In this document: positions 16,026 through 25,643 of the stretch, piece by piece
Layout of the letters: each line of letters starts with the position of its first letter
How positions within the stretch are numbered: the first letter of the stretch is position 1
IMG/VR virus record: IMGVR_UViG_3300025936_000016
Coordinates: 1-64,000 of that record
Length of the DNA stretch: 64,000 nt
From: a virus
Lineage: Duplodnaviria > Caudoviricetes
Strand: one strand, 5' to 3'
The notes under the pieces: generated by a model
Told to the model about the DNA's origin: nothing
Database searches by the model: none
The model's input: only the letters and a program-made list of their open reading frames with translations
Translations under genes and position numbers: made by a program

Positions 16026-18523
16026 CGTCGGACCGTTCCCATGATACCGAACTGGACGTCCTGCCGCAGTCCCCGCCAGTGGGCAACGCCACCGATCTTC
16101 ACCGGCTCCAGGCCCAGGGCCTTGAGTCGGTTCTGGTACCTGCGAGCGCCCAGGACCGGTTGGTGTTGCTCCGTACAGTACTGGTCGAACATGGTTCGTA
16201 GTGTTGCTGACCTGATCTCGAACTCTGGGGCTCGGATGAGGACACCCTCCTCGACCCGGTCCCGGATGAAGCAGGCCACGGAGTCCACGTCCAGGCGGTA
16301 GTTCTCAATGTCCTTGGTGACGGCGTCAGGCTCATCGAGCCCACGCAGTCGGTAGGCGTTGAGGCCCTGGAGTAGCCAGTTGAGGATGCCGTCTCGTTCC
16401 TTGGCCAGGACATCGGCGTAGCCGAGGACCTCTTCGCGGCCGTTGGATCCGAACTCAGTTCCCATGTGGATGGTCTTGGCCCGGCGCCAGATGGCGTTGT
16501 CGTCAGCCGTGACCTTGGGTAGGAAGTTAGTGGCGATCCAGATGACACACTGTGGCTTCCACTCGGAGTACAGCTCGTAGTGCCCACGTGACGTGACCCG
16601 GTCACCACCAGTCAGTCGCTTGACGAGGTCCTCGTCGAGGAGCTGACCCTCGGGAAGTTCAGACGTAGCAACGAATCTAGCCCCGCGCAGCTTGTGCAGG
16701 TCGATGGTCTCGGACTGCTTCTTCATCCGGAACGTGGACGCTGGAGCAGTAGTGCCATAGTCGCCGAACACCTGGGTCATGACGTCGGTGAGGACCGACT
16801 TGCCGGTGCCACTGGGGCCATGCAGCATGAACATGGCCCGCTCCTGGGGCTGACCCAGCATCGTGTAGCCCAGGCAGCGCTGGACGTACTCCCGCACCGA
16901 GATGTCCGGGAACGCATCAGTCATGAAGTCCAGGAACAGTGGACACTCAGCATCCTTGTCCAGCTGTGCGCCCATCGTCATGGTGATCAGGTTCGTGGGG
17001 TCGTGTGGCAGAAGCTCGTTCGACTCCAGGTCCAGCGTCCCGTTGGGCAGGTTCAGCAGGTTCGAGTCCTGGTTGAACTCATCCGACGTAATCGATATCC
17101 CAGGCTCGGAGGCGAAGCAGTTCATGGCGGCCTTGAGCTTGGGCAGGTTCTTCCCGTTGATCGCAGTGTCCCGGGCCTTGGTGAGCCGTTTGACCTCAGT
17201 CTCGTCGCCAATGGCCTCAGCCTCGTTGAGGGCGCGCTGGGCCATGAAAATGGCTCGTTCAGCGCAGACGACAGCAGCCCGATGGATGGCCAGGCGTTCG
17301 TCCTTGCGCCAGACCGTTCCGGTCCACTCGTACCACTGGCCGTCCCGAGTGTTGAAGCGGAACTGGTCACCGAACAGTTCCTTCATCCTGCGTCCGCTAC
17401 CTGTGTCGGTCAGATCCAATCCCCCTGGTGGGGGTGGTATAGACGACGATACCCGCGACTTGTCGTCGGCGAGGGGCCAGGGCTCCAGCGCCTGGAGTTG
17501 GGGCGCTACAGACAGTGGACTGCCATACCCCTCCTGCCGAAGAGCCTTGGCTGCCAGGGACAGGTCACCGTGGTGGTAATAGTGGGCAAACACCCAGAAC
17601 TTGTTCAATGGAGTCTCGGTCGGGAGCCCGGCCGAGGTGGACCAGACGTAGAGCCGATCCTTGTCCCCGGCATACCCCGTGGTGGCGGAGTGACCGTCCC
17701 GCTTGTCCTTGCCGGGACGCACCCAGAACGTCTCGTGGTGGGACCGGTGACTGACCTGCCAGCCCTGGTCGGTGAACCAGGGTTCGTCCCAGTCGTGCTT
17801 GGCTTCCCAGTCGTCCCCAGGCCGTAGCTCCCCATCCGTACGGACGGACACCTCGCGACGAGGTGCTGCTGGTGGGGGCGGGGGTGTTTCGTCCAGGACT
17901 TCGGTGATGGCGGCATGGATGGCCATGCGCTGGGACCAGGTGATGGTCGGGACCGAGCCCTGCTTGCCGGCCATGGTCTCCCAGGAGCCACCGTTAGGGT
18001 GACATGCCCCGGTGGTGGGGGCCACGATGACGTAGCCGCCTTCGCCCCGGGTCTCGGCCAGGGTCTTGCCGCTGGCGGTCGAGGCCAGCTTCGTGTTGCC
18101 CGGGATCTCGTGGTCAGAGATGCGGTACAGCAGGTGGATGCCACCAGTGGGTGTGACCTCTGAGTAGCCCTCCAGTAGCAGAGAGTCCCAGATCCCCTTG
18201 ACTCCGCGAAGGTCGCACTCCTCGCCGATCCGGAGCAGGTGAATCTCCCGGGAGGCGTCCACCTCCAGCTCGGTCATCTCCAGATTCCCGGAGACGGCCC
18301 CACAGATCACCGCTACACCCACGGGCTGCTCGGGGCGCCAGTACCAGTCGACCTCCTCGGGCAGCATCCGCTCCCGCTGGAGTGTGGACCAGTCCCGGGT
18401 TGGCCGCTTACTTCCGTTGGCCTGGATCGGCACCACCGAGGCGCCCCCGTCATACCAGGCACGGGCGATGTTGGCCGGGATGTTGGGGTTTCCTTGCACG
18501 TAACCCACAACATCTGCCATCAT
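16022..18523 (-). CDS. bifunctional DNA primase/polymerase fused to D5/P4-like SF3 helicase
   Basis: N-terminal prim-pol motifs (TPTGGIHLLYR, RGEGGYVIVAP); Walker A GPSGTGKS; VKRLTGGD. Confidence 0.95.
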   Translation of the reverse strand: MMADVVGYVQGNPNIPANIARAWYDGGASVVPIQANGSKRPTRDWSTLQRERMLPEEVDWYWRPEQPVGVAVICGAVSGNLEMTELEVDASREIHLLRIGEECDLRGVKGIWDSLLLEGYSEVTPTGGIHLLYRISDHEIPGNTKLASTASGKTLAETRGEGGYVIVAPTTGACHPNGGSWETMAGKQGSVPTITWSQRMAIHAAITEVLDETPPPPPAAPRREVSVRTDGELRPGDDWEAKHDWDEPWFTDQGWQVSHRSHHETFWVRPGKDKRDGHSATTGYAGDKDRLYVWSTSAGLPTETPLNKFWVFAHYYHHGDLSLAAKALRQEGYGSPLSVAPQLQALEPWPLADDKSRVSSSIPPPPGGLDLTDTGSGRRMKELFGDQFRFNTRDGQWYEWTGTVWRKDERLAIHRAAVVCAERAIFMAQRALNEAEAIGDETEVKRLTKARDTAINGKNLPKLKAAMNCFASEPGISITSDEFNQDSNLLNLPNGTLDLESNELLPHDPTNLITMTMGAQLDKDAECPLFLDFMTDAFPDISVREYVQRCLGYTMLGQPQERAMFMLHGPSGTGKSVLTDVMTQVFGDYGTTAPASTFRMKKQSETIDLHKLRGARFVATSELPEGQLLDEDLVKRLTGGDRVTSRGHYELYSEWKPQCVIWIATNFLPKVTADDNAIWRRAKTIHMGTEFGSNGREEVLGYADVLAKERDGILNWLLQGLNAYRLRGLDEPDAVTKDIENYRLDVDSVACFIRDRVEEGVLIRAPEFEIRSATLRTMFDQYCTEQHQPVLGARRYQNRLKALGLEPVKIGGVAHWRGLRQDVQFGIMGTVRR

Positions 18524-18726
18524 GACTCCCGTTGGGTAATGGGGGTTGCCAGAGGGGTCCGCCTGTCGACGGCGGGCCCCTCACCGCTCACAGTGACCAT
18601 GACTGTAGACCCGTTGAAGGTAGCCACGCCAGAGTCCGTCTGGGTATCTTGTAGGTCAACTCTTCCAGGGGTTGGCCGGGACCTCGGGGCTGTCGGGCAG
18701 AGGGTCACGAGGTCCCGGTGCTCGAT

Positions 18727-18960
18727 CTAGCCCTGGACCCTTTCCGGCCAGTGCCAGGTCCCTCCGGCCTTTTCGTCCTCGTCGCTCTCCACGCCCTGCT
18801 TGAAGAACTGTCCCTCGGGGTTGAGGACGCACAGGGAGACCTCGCCGTAACCCACAGCTGTGATGATGGCTGCCCGGCATACGCTCCCGTACTCTCCCCC
18901 GGGTGTGCCGTAGCTCTTGTAATGGACGATTCGTCCAACGCTGGGAGTCTGGTCAGTCAT
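18727..18960 (-). CDS. hypothetical protein
   Basis: PSVGRIVHY...AAIIT...WHWPERV, a common phage small-protein pattern. Confidence 0.75.
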   Translation of the reverse strand: MTDQTPSVGRIVHYKSYGTPGGEYGSVCRAAIITAVGYGEVSLCVLNPEGQFFKQGVESDEDEKAGGTWHWPERVQG

Positions 18961-18972
18961 TGATTCTCCTCA

Positions 18973-19713
18973 CTAGAACGGTGGGTTGTCGCCGAACTGG
19001 GCCTGCTGCTCCTGGACCTTGCGCTGCTGCTCCGCCCGCATCCGCTGGAGCATGGTCATCTCCTCGTTGCTGACCTGAGGTGAACCCTGGACCGGGTACG
19101 CCTGTGACTGCGGCTGCGGAGCCGGCTGGATGTACTGAGGTTGGGTGTACTGGGGCTGGGCGTAGTTGGGTTGGTACCCCTGTGGCTGCTGGGGTGGGTA
19201 GCTGGGTGCCGGCTGCTGGTAGCTCGGCGCTGGCGCCTGATGCTGAACCGGCTGCGGTGGCGGCGCCGCCTGGGGCTCAGCCCTGGGCGAGAAGGCACTG
19301 GGTGCGAAGTCCGGGTTGGCCTGGCCCCACTCCACGGCCCGCTGCTTGGCGCCTGGGTTGTCGAGCATGTCGACGATGATCCAGGGAGCGTTCATGCCGC
19401 TCTTGCTGACGCCCAGGCTCACCACACCCAGAATCCTGGACCCGATCATGGGTCGGAGACTTGCGATCATGTGGGCCTGCATCCAGTTGCACTGGCGGTA
19501 GACCTTGCCCGGAAGGCCAGTTGCCTCGTCCTTGTCGTCCAGGTCCACCACGTCCACGGTGATGGCGTCAGAAGGCTTGTCGGCCCGGGTGAACTTGGTC
19601 TGGATGTGGGGCACGTAGCCCAACGGGTACACGATGATCAGGTGGCCCTGCAGCTTGGCCGGGGTGATGAACTCACCCGTGGTTTCTACTGGTCGGCCCC
19701 AGCCGTCAGTCAT
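18973..19713 (-). CDS. putative ssDNA-binding protein
   Basis: P/Q-rich tail ending DNPPF; located among replication genes. Confidence 0.6.
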   Translation of the reverse strand: MTDGWGRPVETTGEFITPAKLQGHLIIVYPLGYVPHIQTKFTRADKPSDAITVDVVDLDDKDEATGLPGKVYRQCNWMQAHMIASLRPMIGSRILGVVSLGVSKSGMNAPWIIVDMLDNPGAKQRAVEWGQANPDFAPSAFSPRAEPQAAPPPQPVQHQAPAPSYQQPAPSYPPQQPQGYQPNYAQPQYTQPQYIQPAPQPQSQAYPVQGSPQVSNEEMTMLQRMRAEQQRKVQEQQAQFGDNPPF

Positions 19714-19736
19714 GGGTTCTCTCCTTCGGGGGGTTG

Positions 19737-19940
19737 CTACTCGGCGCTGTCGGCGTAGTCAGGAGCGAGCCCAGGAACCTGAGGCTCCGGCACGTCGGCT
19801 CCAGCCTGAGCGCCAAGCTCCTTGATCTTGGCCTCGGCCTCGTTCAGTGCCGCAGTCCAACGCTCGATGGCGTTGAGGCACTTCTCCCGCACCTTCATGG
19901 CCTTGGCCATGGCCTCGAACCAGTCTGCTGACTGTGTCAT
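19737..19940 (-). CDS. hypothetical protein
   Basis: 67 aa, RBS GAGGAG. Confidence 0.7.
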   Translation of the reverse strand: MTQSADWFEAMAKAMKVREKCLNAIERWTAALNEAEAKIKELGAQAGADVPEPQVPGLAPDYADSAE

Positions 19941-19952
19941 GGTTCTCCTCTC

Positions 19953-20723
19953 CTACCTGCCCGGACAGCCCTTGTCCGTGGCCGCGATGTCTGGGTCAAG
20001 ATCCTTGTTGAAGAACGGACACCATACGCATTCGTCGCCTGGTGTGGCTTCAACGAACTGGAACCGATGGGGGTTGTTCTCGATGTCCATGCCGATGAGT
20101 TGGTCGCCGATCTCATACATTCGGGCCAGGGCCTTGAGGGCAACCTCCTCGTCGTAGGGCGCGCGCCAGATGTACATGTCGTCCAGCCAGCCGCTACGGG
20201 GCAGGAACACCAGCGCCACTTCTCGTACTTCACGGCCGGCACGCTTGTGGCCAAGGCCATAGATCATGACCTGGGTCTTGTATCCCTCCGGGATTAGTCC
20301 CTTGTGGAGCTTCCGCATTCCGTTGGCTCCAGTGGTCTTCCAGTCCACCACCAATCCATCTGAGTACTTGAAGATGTCGCTTCGACCCTTGACCAGGGCG
20401 TCGGGATAGACCCTGAGTTCGGTGGCATAGCTCAGATCCTCGACCTGGCCCTGGTAGCGGTTAATGGCCTTTTCCAGCCAGTCATGGACCGAGGTGCCTA
20501 CGATGGCTGGCCAGGGGTCGGCCCAGATGTTGACCGCAGTGGTGCCGGCGATGCGATAGGCGATGCGACGGTTACATTCGTTGCCCAGCTCCGAGGGTCC
20601 GATCGCCCGTTGTTGAGACCGAGACGAGTTCTGTTCGTTCCAGAGGATGATCTTAGACAGCTCCGCCTTAAGGGCCGTGGTCCTGGGGTCCGGTCCAGGC
20701 AATCGTGCGAAGCCGTCGTCCAC
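19953..20723 (-). CDS. Cas4-like PD-(D/E)XK exonuclease
   Basis: GPSELGNEC, VVDWKT, QVMIYG, C-terminal CVWCPF...C; GTG start after AAGGAGG. Confidence 0.85.
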   Translation of the reverse strand: MDDGFARLPGPDPRTTALKAELSKIILWNEQNSSRSQQRAIGPSELGNECNRRIAYRIAGTTAVNIWADPWPAIVGTSVHDWLEKAINRYQGQVEDLSYATELRVYPDALVKGRSDIFKYSDGLVVDWKTTGANGMRKLHKGLIPEGYKTQVMIYGLGHKRAGREVREVALVFLPRSGWLDDMYIWRAPYDEEVALKALARMYEIGDQLIGMDIENNPHRFQFVEATPGDECVWCPFFNKDLDPDIAATDKGCPGR

Positions 20724-20770
20724 GCGCCCCTCCTTGACCTTGGTCCCGTCACGGTAACGAGGGGGTACGA

Positions 20771-20819
20771 CAAAAACCAGGGCCCCCTCCAAAGAATCTT
20801 GGAAGGGGCCCTGGTTCTG
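20771..20819 (-). terminator. rho-independent terminator
   Basis: ACCAGGGCCCC...GGGGCCCTGG stem followed by TTTTT. Confidence 0.75.
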
Positions 20820-20865
20820 AGCTAGGCATCCGACCTAGCGCATGTGTACATGTGGCAGATCGAGG

Positions 20866-21864
20866 CTACTCCTCGGTGGGAGTGTCCTGCTCCGTCTTCG
20901 CCTTGCGGCTGGACTGCACCTCGGACTGACCGGTCTTGCTGCCGGACCGGCGCTCCCACAGTGGGAGCGAGGTGCGGCTGTCGCGGTGCTTGTGGGTGTT
21001 GTAGCGGGTGATGATGGCGTCGATCAGGGCCGGGACGATCTGGCCGCCCTTGACCTCACGGACCGTGCGTCCGTGCCCGATGAGGCCCTGCATGCCGCCG
21101 GGGGCACCCGACAGCTTCTTGATGAGGTTGGCCTCGTCCAGCTGGCCCAGGTACCGCTCGTGCAGCAAGGCGAAGGCCTCCACGACCCGGCCGTCGTAGA
21201 CGGCGCCGCGACGGTCCATGTCGTAGATCTTCTGCATCATCTCCAGCGCCCACTGGAAGTGGGTCAGGCCACCGCGCCGACGCACGACCCTGCGGGCCAC
21301 GTTCACGGCACCGAAGCTGCTCATGCTGACGGACAGGCCGAGGGCGTCGAGGACGGCCTTGATGGCCAGCGCCTCGGAGTCACCCTCGCTCAGCGCCACC
21401 TTGAACAGCGTCTGGGCGTTGACCGACTGGCGGAAGTTGAGCTGACGGAAGAGGCGGGCCTCTTCGGCCAGGGTCAGGCCACGGTGGATGACCGCGCGGA
21501 CCTTGCCGTGCCAGCCGACCCTGAGGCACGCCGCCCGGCGCTGCTGGCCGTCGAGCAGGATCTGCTCCTCCACGCCGCCGGGAAGCTCCCGGACGCTGAC
21601 GGTCAGGGTGCCCAGGGCGCCGGGGTTGAAGTCCTCGGCGATGTTGATGATTTCGCGGGTCTGTTCCGACCGCTGGATCCGTTCGTCGATGCGGAGGTCG
21701 TCAAGGTTGACGGTTCCGAAGGTTACCTCGTGGTTCGGGTTCTCCGACTTGAAGATCCGGTTGAGAAGGTCGGTCTCGGTGGTGGTTGTGGAAACGTCCT
21801 CCACCGCCGCCGCCTTGTTCTTGCTGCTGCTTCCATCCTCGAACCGAGGCTTGGGGGCACTCAC
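20866..21864 (-). CDS. ParB/Srx-like N-terminal domain protein
   Basis: LTVSVR...ILLDGQQRRAA...EEARLF. Confidence 0.8.
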   Translation of the reverse strand: MSAPKPRFEDGSSSKNKAAAVEDVSTTTTETDLLNRIFKSENPNHEVTFGTVNLDDLRIDERIQRSEQTREIINIAEDFNPGALGTLTVSVRELPGGVEEQILLDGQQRRAACLRVGWHGKVRAVIHRGLTLAEEARLFRQLNFRQSVNAQTLFKVALSEGDSEALAIKAVLDALGLSVSMSSFGAVNVARRVVRRRGGLTHFQWALEMMQKIYDMDRRGAVYDGRVVEAFALLHERYLGQLDEANLIKKLSGAPGGMQGLIGHGRTVREVKGGQIVPALIDAIITRYNTHKHRDSRTSLPLWERRSGSKTGQSEVQSSRKAKTEQDTPTEE

Positions 21865-22838
21865 TTGGAACTCTCCTTTGGGTTGTTGGGGGTTGCGCGC
21901 TCCTCCAACAGCCTGCGGAAGGCGTGGAGGTGGGGAATGGCCAGACGCATGCGTTGGGCAAGGGCGTAGGCCTCTTGTGGACCGAGCTTGGAGTCAAGCT
22001 CGGTGAAACTCTTTGCCGAAAGACCCAGCTGCTCCAGGACCGCAAGTAGGTTCTGTGCCACTGAAACTTCGGCTATCACTGAAGGATGCTCTCTCGGCGC
22101 ATAGCGCCGGCCTACTGGCCTGTCGTCCGATGGGCGATCGGGCCTTGGTCGACCAGCACCCTTAGGCAGGTACCGATCGGCCTTGAACGCCTTCGCCTCG
22201 TCAAGGGTGACCTCACCCTTGGACAGCTTCCGAAGGAAGGTCAGTGCCGTGTGTCGGCGTCCATTGATTCGCTCGGTGTTCCTGATGATGGCCTCAGCGG
22301 CAAGCCTGTGCTCCCTGCTGATTCGTCCACAGGCACGGGCGGTGGCGAAGATCTCGCGGATGAATCGGACTTCGTCCGGCCGCTTGTCGACGATGTCGGC
22401 TATCACTTCAGAGTGACCGCCTACGGGCAAGCGTCCCTTGAGGCCATCGACAGCGCGAGGCAGAAGATGGGCCTGGATCAGGTCCTGGATCTCGGTCCAG
22501 CTCATGGGCGCCCGTAGCAACGAGGCTGCGGAACTTTCGTCCTCTTCGAGCTTCCGCACCCGTTCGAAGTGGGCGATGACATCAACCCAGTTGTCGGTGA
22601 CGAGGACGGGCACCTCGCTCCAGCCAAGCTCCTGGGCCGCGAAGAGCCGCCGGGCTCCGTCGATAACCCTGAAGTCTGGACGAAGGAGTATGGGCAACAG
22701 CATGCCATCCCTGCGCAGGCTCTCCCGCAACTTCATGGTGCCGGAACCTGGGTCCTTGCGGATCCAGGTTGAGTTGGCGTTGAACACATCCTGAAGTGGC
22801 AAGCACACATCACTCGTGTAGCGCTCACGGCTGCTCAC
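21861..22838 (-). CDS. ParB N-terminal domain protein
   Basis: LRESLRRDGMLLPILL...VIDGARRLFAAQELGWSEVPV. Confidence 0.85.
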   Translation of the reverse strand: MSSRERYTSDVCLPLQDVFNANSTWIRKDPGSGTMKLRESLRRDGMLLPILLRPDFRVIDGARRLFAAQELGWSEVPVLVTDNWVDVIAHFERVRKLEEDESSAASLLRAPMSWTEIQDLIQAHLLPRAVDGLKGRLPVGGHSEVIADIVDKRPDEVRFIREIFATARACGRISREHRLAAEAIIRNTERINGRRHTALTFLRKLSKGEVTLDEAKAFKADRYLPKGAGRPRPDRPSDDRPVGRRYAPREHPSVIAEVSVAQNLLAVLEQLGLSAKSFTELDSKLGPQEAYALAQRMRLAIPHLHAFRRLLEERATPNNPKESSK

Positions 22839-22936
22839 TTCGTTTCGCTCCTTCCTTTGATCGTTGGGGCTGGATCTCACCCCTACGTACCCAGCAAGTG
22901 TGCCCCTACGACACGCCTGCTGTCAAGCCCCAAATG

Positions 22937-22983
22937 AAAAATGCCCACGGCCCCAGATGGCAGGTCTGGGGCCGTGGGTTTTC
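22937..22983 (-). terminator. rho-independent terminator (possibly bidirectional)
   Basis: CCCACGGCCCCAGA/TCTGGGGCCGTGGG stem with A and T tracts on either side. Confidence 0.7.
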
Positions 22984-23000
22984 GGGGTGAAGGGTAAGGC

Positions 23001-23549
23001 TTATGTGGTGGTTGGTTCATCCAGGAGCTTGTCCACAGCTGCGATGAGATTGACCTCTGGTGCCCATCTGTCGGACCTGACGGCGTTGTACTTTGCCGCC
23101 CCACCTGGTGCCCAACGGCCGAGCCGGACCATCTCATTACGGTAGGCCACAGCTGCATCAATCACCCTGCGTACCACCTTGGTGGTGTCGCCAGAGCCGT
23201 CGTACCCATCCAAGACCCAGAACACGGGGTGGTCGACCCCCAACGCCTGCTGGGCCCTGGCGATGACGGCAGCAGCCTCGTCCCGGTCATTGACGACCGT
23301 GTCGTAGAGCATGACCATGGCGCCCGGATCCCAGTCGTCAGACTCACGGGCTGCGGCCAGGACTGTGCGGACATCATCTCGTTGAGCCTTCATGAGTCCA
23401 CACTCCCCCCGGAGCCTTTCGGCCTCAGCCTCGTAGAAGTCCAGGGCCTGGAGGGCAGCCTGGAGGCGTTCCTCCAGGGGCACGGCTCGGTTGCTGGCCC
23501 AGCCATGAAGCGCTGCGGCCTTTTGGCTTGGAGTCAGCTCATCGGCCAT
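23001..23549 (-). CDS. hypothetical protein
   Basis: 182-aa ORF in an operon. Confidence 0.75.
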   Translation of the reverse strand: MADELTPSQKAAALHGWASNRAVPLEERLQAALQALDFYEAEAERLRGECGLMKAQRDDVRTVLAAARESDDWDPGAMVMLYDTVVNDRDEAAAVIARAQQALGVDHPVFWVLDGYDGSGDTTKVVRRVIDAAVAYRNEMVRLGRWAPGGAAKYNAVRSDRWAPEVNLIAAVDKLLDEPTTT

Positions 23550-23775
23550 GGCGGCTCTTCCTTAAGGCTTGTCTGATTTGCCGGCGGGTTGCAAGCGGCC
23601 TGGTGCCAGACTTGTCGCTCATTTTGTGGCCCACGTGGTAGTTCACGCAATGGGTGCAGAAGTAAGCTTCCATCTCGGGATTGCTGTTGAGGTGCTCCTC
23701 GGCCTCGGCCAAGGTGCGGAACACACGCTTCGCCTCATTGGTGCGTGTCCGACACTGACGCGGGAGCCGAATCAT
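23539..23775 (-). CDS. hypothetical protein with C..C..YH..H motif
   Basis: YFCTHCVNYHVGH. Confidence 0.7.
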   Translation of the reverse strand: MIRLPRQCRTRTNEAKRVFRTLAEAEEHLNSNPEMEAYFCTHCVNYHVGHKMSDKSGTRPLATRRQIRQALRKSRHGR

Positions 23776-24028
23776 CTGCGTTGTTCCTCCCCCCAATGAT
23801 CAGGAGGTCAACGTCACGGGCACAGTTGCGGATAGCGATGGCTTCCCAGGTGAGCTTCATGCGGACCTCGGATCCGTTCTCCGCCAGCAGCATCCGTTCG
23901 CTTAGGTTATTTGCTTGCTCATGCAACCACTTGGTAAACAGAGTCAGGGCTACATCGGCCGCTTCTTCCTGGTCCAGCGCCGTGATCCGGGACTGGGCGA
24001 AACGTTGACGCAGGTTTGGCGTTAACAC
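23735..24028 (-). CDS. hypothetical protein
   Basis: 97 aa, RBS GGAGG. Confidence 0.65.
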   Translation of the reverse strand: MLTPNLRQRFAQSRITALDQEEAADVALTLFTKWLHEQANNLSERMLLAENGSEVRMKLTWEAIAIRNCARDVDLLIIGGRNNADDSAPASVSDTHQ

Positions 24029-24255
24029 TTCGGTGCCTCCGTCCAGGCGCCAGCGAACATGGCCCAGGTCCGGGATGGGGCATCAACCGGCCAGTCAATC
24101 CTGTGCCGACACAGGATCTCCTCGCTTCTGATGAGGGCCGCCTGGGCCCGGACCCGTTCCTCGCTTGGGTCGATGAACCAGCCATCGTCGAAGACGTCAG
24201 ACTTGACGGCCCATTGGATCCATTCGACCTTGGTCTCCAGCTCGGTCTCGTCCAT
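24022..24255 (-). CDS. hypothetical protein
   Basis: MDETELETK..., RBS AAGGAG. Confidence 0.65.
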   Translation of the reverse strand: MDETELETKVEWIQWAVKSDVFDDGWFIDPSEERVRAQAALIRSEEILCRHRIDWPVDAPSRTWAMFAGAWTEAPKC

Positions 24256-24269
24256 GGCCAACTCCTTCC

Positions 24270-24695
24270 TTAGTTCCACCAGCCCTTGTCCGGTCCGTGC
24301 CGGTGGTTCACGGTCCGGGGAACAACATGAACTTCCTTGCTCCCGTGGTACTCCTTCTGGGCCTTGCGACAATCGTCCCGGGCCTGGGCCCGGTCGGGAC
24401 CCCACCAGCGGAAGTGCCGGTCCTTGCGACGTGGTCCCCAGTACGGGTACCACTTGTTCCTGTTCTTGATGAATTCGTAGTCTGGGTCCCAAGTGCAGCC
24501 AATGTCCTTCCAGTGGCGCCAGTCACTGAGGCCGGGGTGCCGGCGGACAGGGCGCTCGGGAAGGTTGCAGACCCGGAACGGGTACTGACGCCGTATGTAT
24601 GGGGCCCCTTGACGCTCAGGGCAGTTGGCGGCGTGGTCAGGGCTGTAGGTTTCGGTCCGCACCCACCAGGGTGCGTCCTTGTCTGTTCTGGACAC
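24270..24695 (-). CDS. hypothetical W/R-rich protein
   Basis: 141 aa, RBS AAGGA. Confidence 0.7.
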   Translation of the reverse strand: MSRTDKDAPWWVRTETYSPDHAANCPERQGAPYIRRQYPFRVCNLPERPVRRHPGLSDWRHWKDIGCTWDPDYEFIKNRNKWYPYWGPRRKDRHFRWWGPDRAQARDDCRKAQKEYHGSKEVHVVPRTVNHRHGPDKGWWN

Positions 24696-24900
24696 GGTTT
24701 TCCTTACCGTGCCGGACCTTCCGGCACCTATAACATGCCCATGTCTCTATCTCCTTCCCTTGCTTGGTTTCATGATCCGCAGCCGGAGTCTTCCAGCTGC
24801 GATGAACAGTGCGTCGTGGTTGCGCCAGAGCAACTTCCACTTGGGCTTTGAGGTCGTCCAGATGCCGTTCTCTCGGGACTTGCCCCACGTCACGATCACG

Positions 24901-24973
24901 TGCCCCCACCCAGATTCGAACTGGGAACCCTCACCTTAGGACGATGCTGCTCTATCCGTTGAGCTATGGGGGC
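24901..24973 (-). tRNA. tRNA-Arg(CCT)
   Basis: Cloverleaf; anticodon loop GT-CCT-AA. Confidence 0.85.
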
Positions 24974-25513
24974 CTAGGCTGCGTTACTGGTACGGCTGTG
25001 ACCCAGTTTGAGTCTACGATCCAGGGCCAGTGCGTATCGCCGTGGCATGTCCCAGCCGAGGTTCAACATGCGCTGCAGGCTGTCCATGACGGAGCCACTT
25101 CCTTGGCCCTCCAGGGTCACCACGTCATTGACTTGGTTAACGGCCTCGGCATAGCCACGGTCCACCTGGAGGTAGGGCTTGACGTTGAACAGGACGACGA
25201 CAAAGGCTGCTCCAGTGGCGGTCCAGCGCCAGCTGTTGAACTCGACCGGTCCCCGGGACACGTGGACGTGGGGCTCCAGGCAGTGTTCCTTGCACTGGCG
25301 TCTGAGGTAGTCCCCAGGCACTCGGGCCAGGTTCATCTCGGCTGCGGTACCGGTCATGGCCGTCAGCTTCCGGCTGACGCTTACTTCCTTGGTGTCGACG
25401 GAGAGGACCATCTGGACTGTGTTCCGGGTTCGGTTGGCTTTCCTCAGGATCCGACCCTTCAGGTCGAGGATCCCGGCCATCCAGGCCAAGTCAAAGGTGG
25501 AGATCATTGCCAT
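24974..25513 (-). CDS. LAGLIDADG-like protein
   Basis: N-terminal helix AWMAGILDLKG. Confidence 0.6.
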   Translation of the reverse strand: MAMISTFDLAWMAGILDLKGRILRKANRTRNTVQMVLSVDTKEVSVSRKLTAMTGTAAEMNLARVPGDYLRRQCKEHCLEPHVHVSRGPVEFNSWRWTATGAAFVVVLFNVKPYLQVDRGYAEAVNQVNDVVTLEGQGSGSVMDSLQRMLNLGWDMPRRYALALDRRLKLGHSRTSNAA

Positions 25514-25643
25514 TCCCTGGTTGTTGGGCCGTGGAGACGCAGGACTGGACTAAGGCTCAGGGACCTGAAGGGAGCAAACCAAACGTAGCCCGTCATGATC
25601 CAGCCTTCAGGGATTTCGAATGAGATCACTCCCTTCACTCCCT

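Noticed and set aside
19953-20723. Cas4-like gene as a spacer-acquisition factor for the arrays
   Set aside because: It sits in the replication/recombination operon beside the SSB-like and primase genes, as is usual for stand-alone phage Cas4-like nucleases; nothing links it to the arrays
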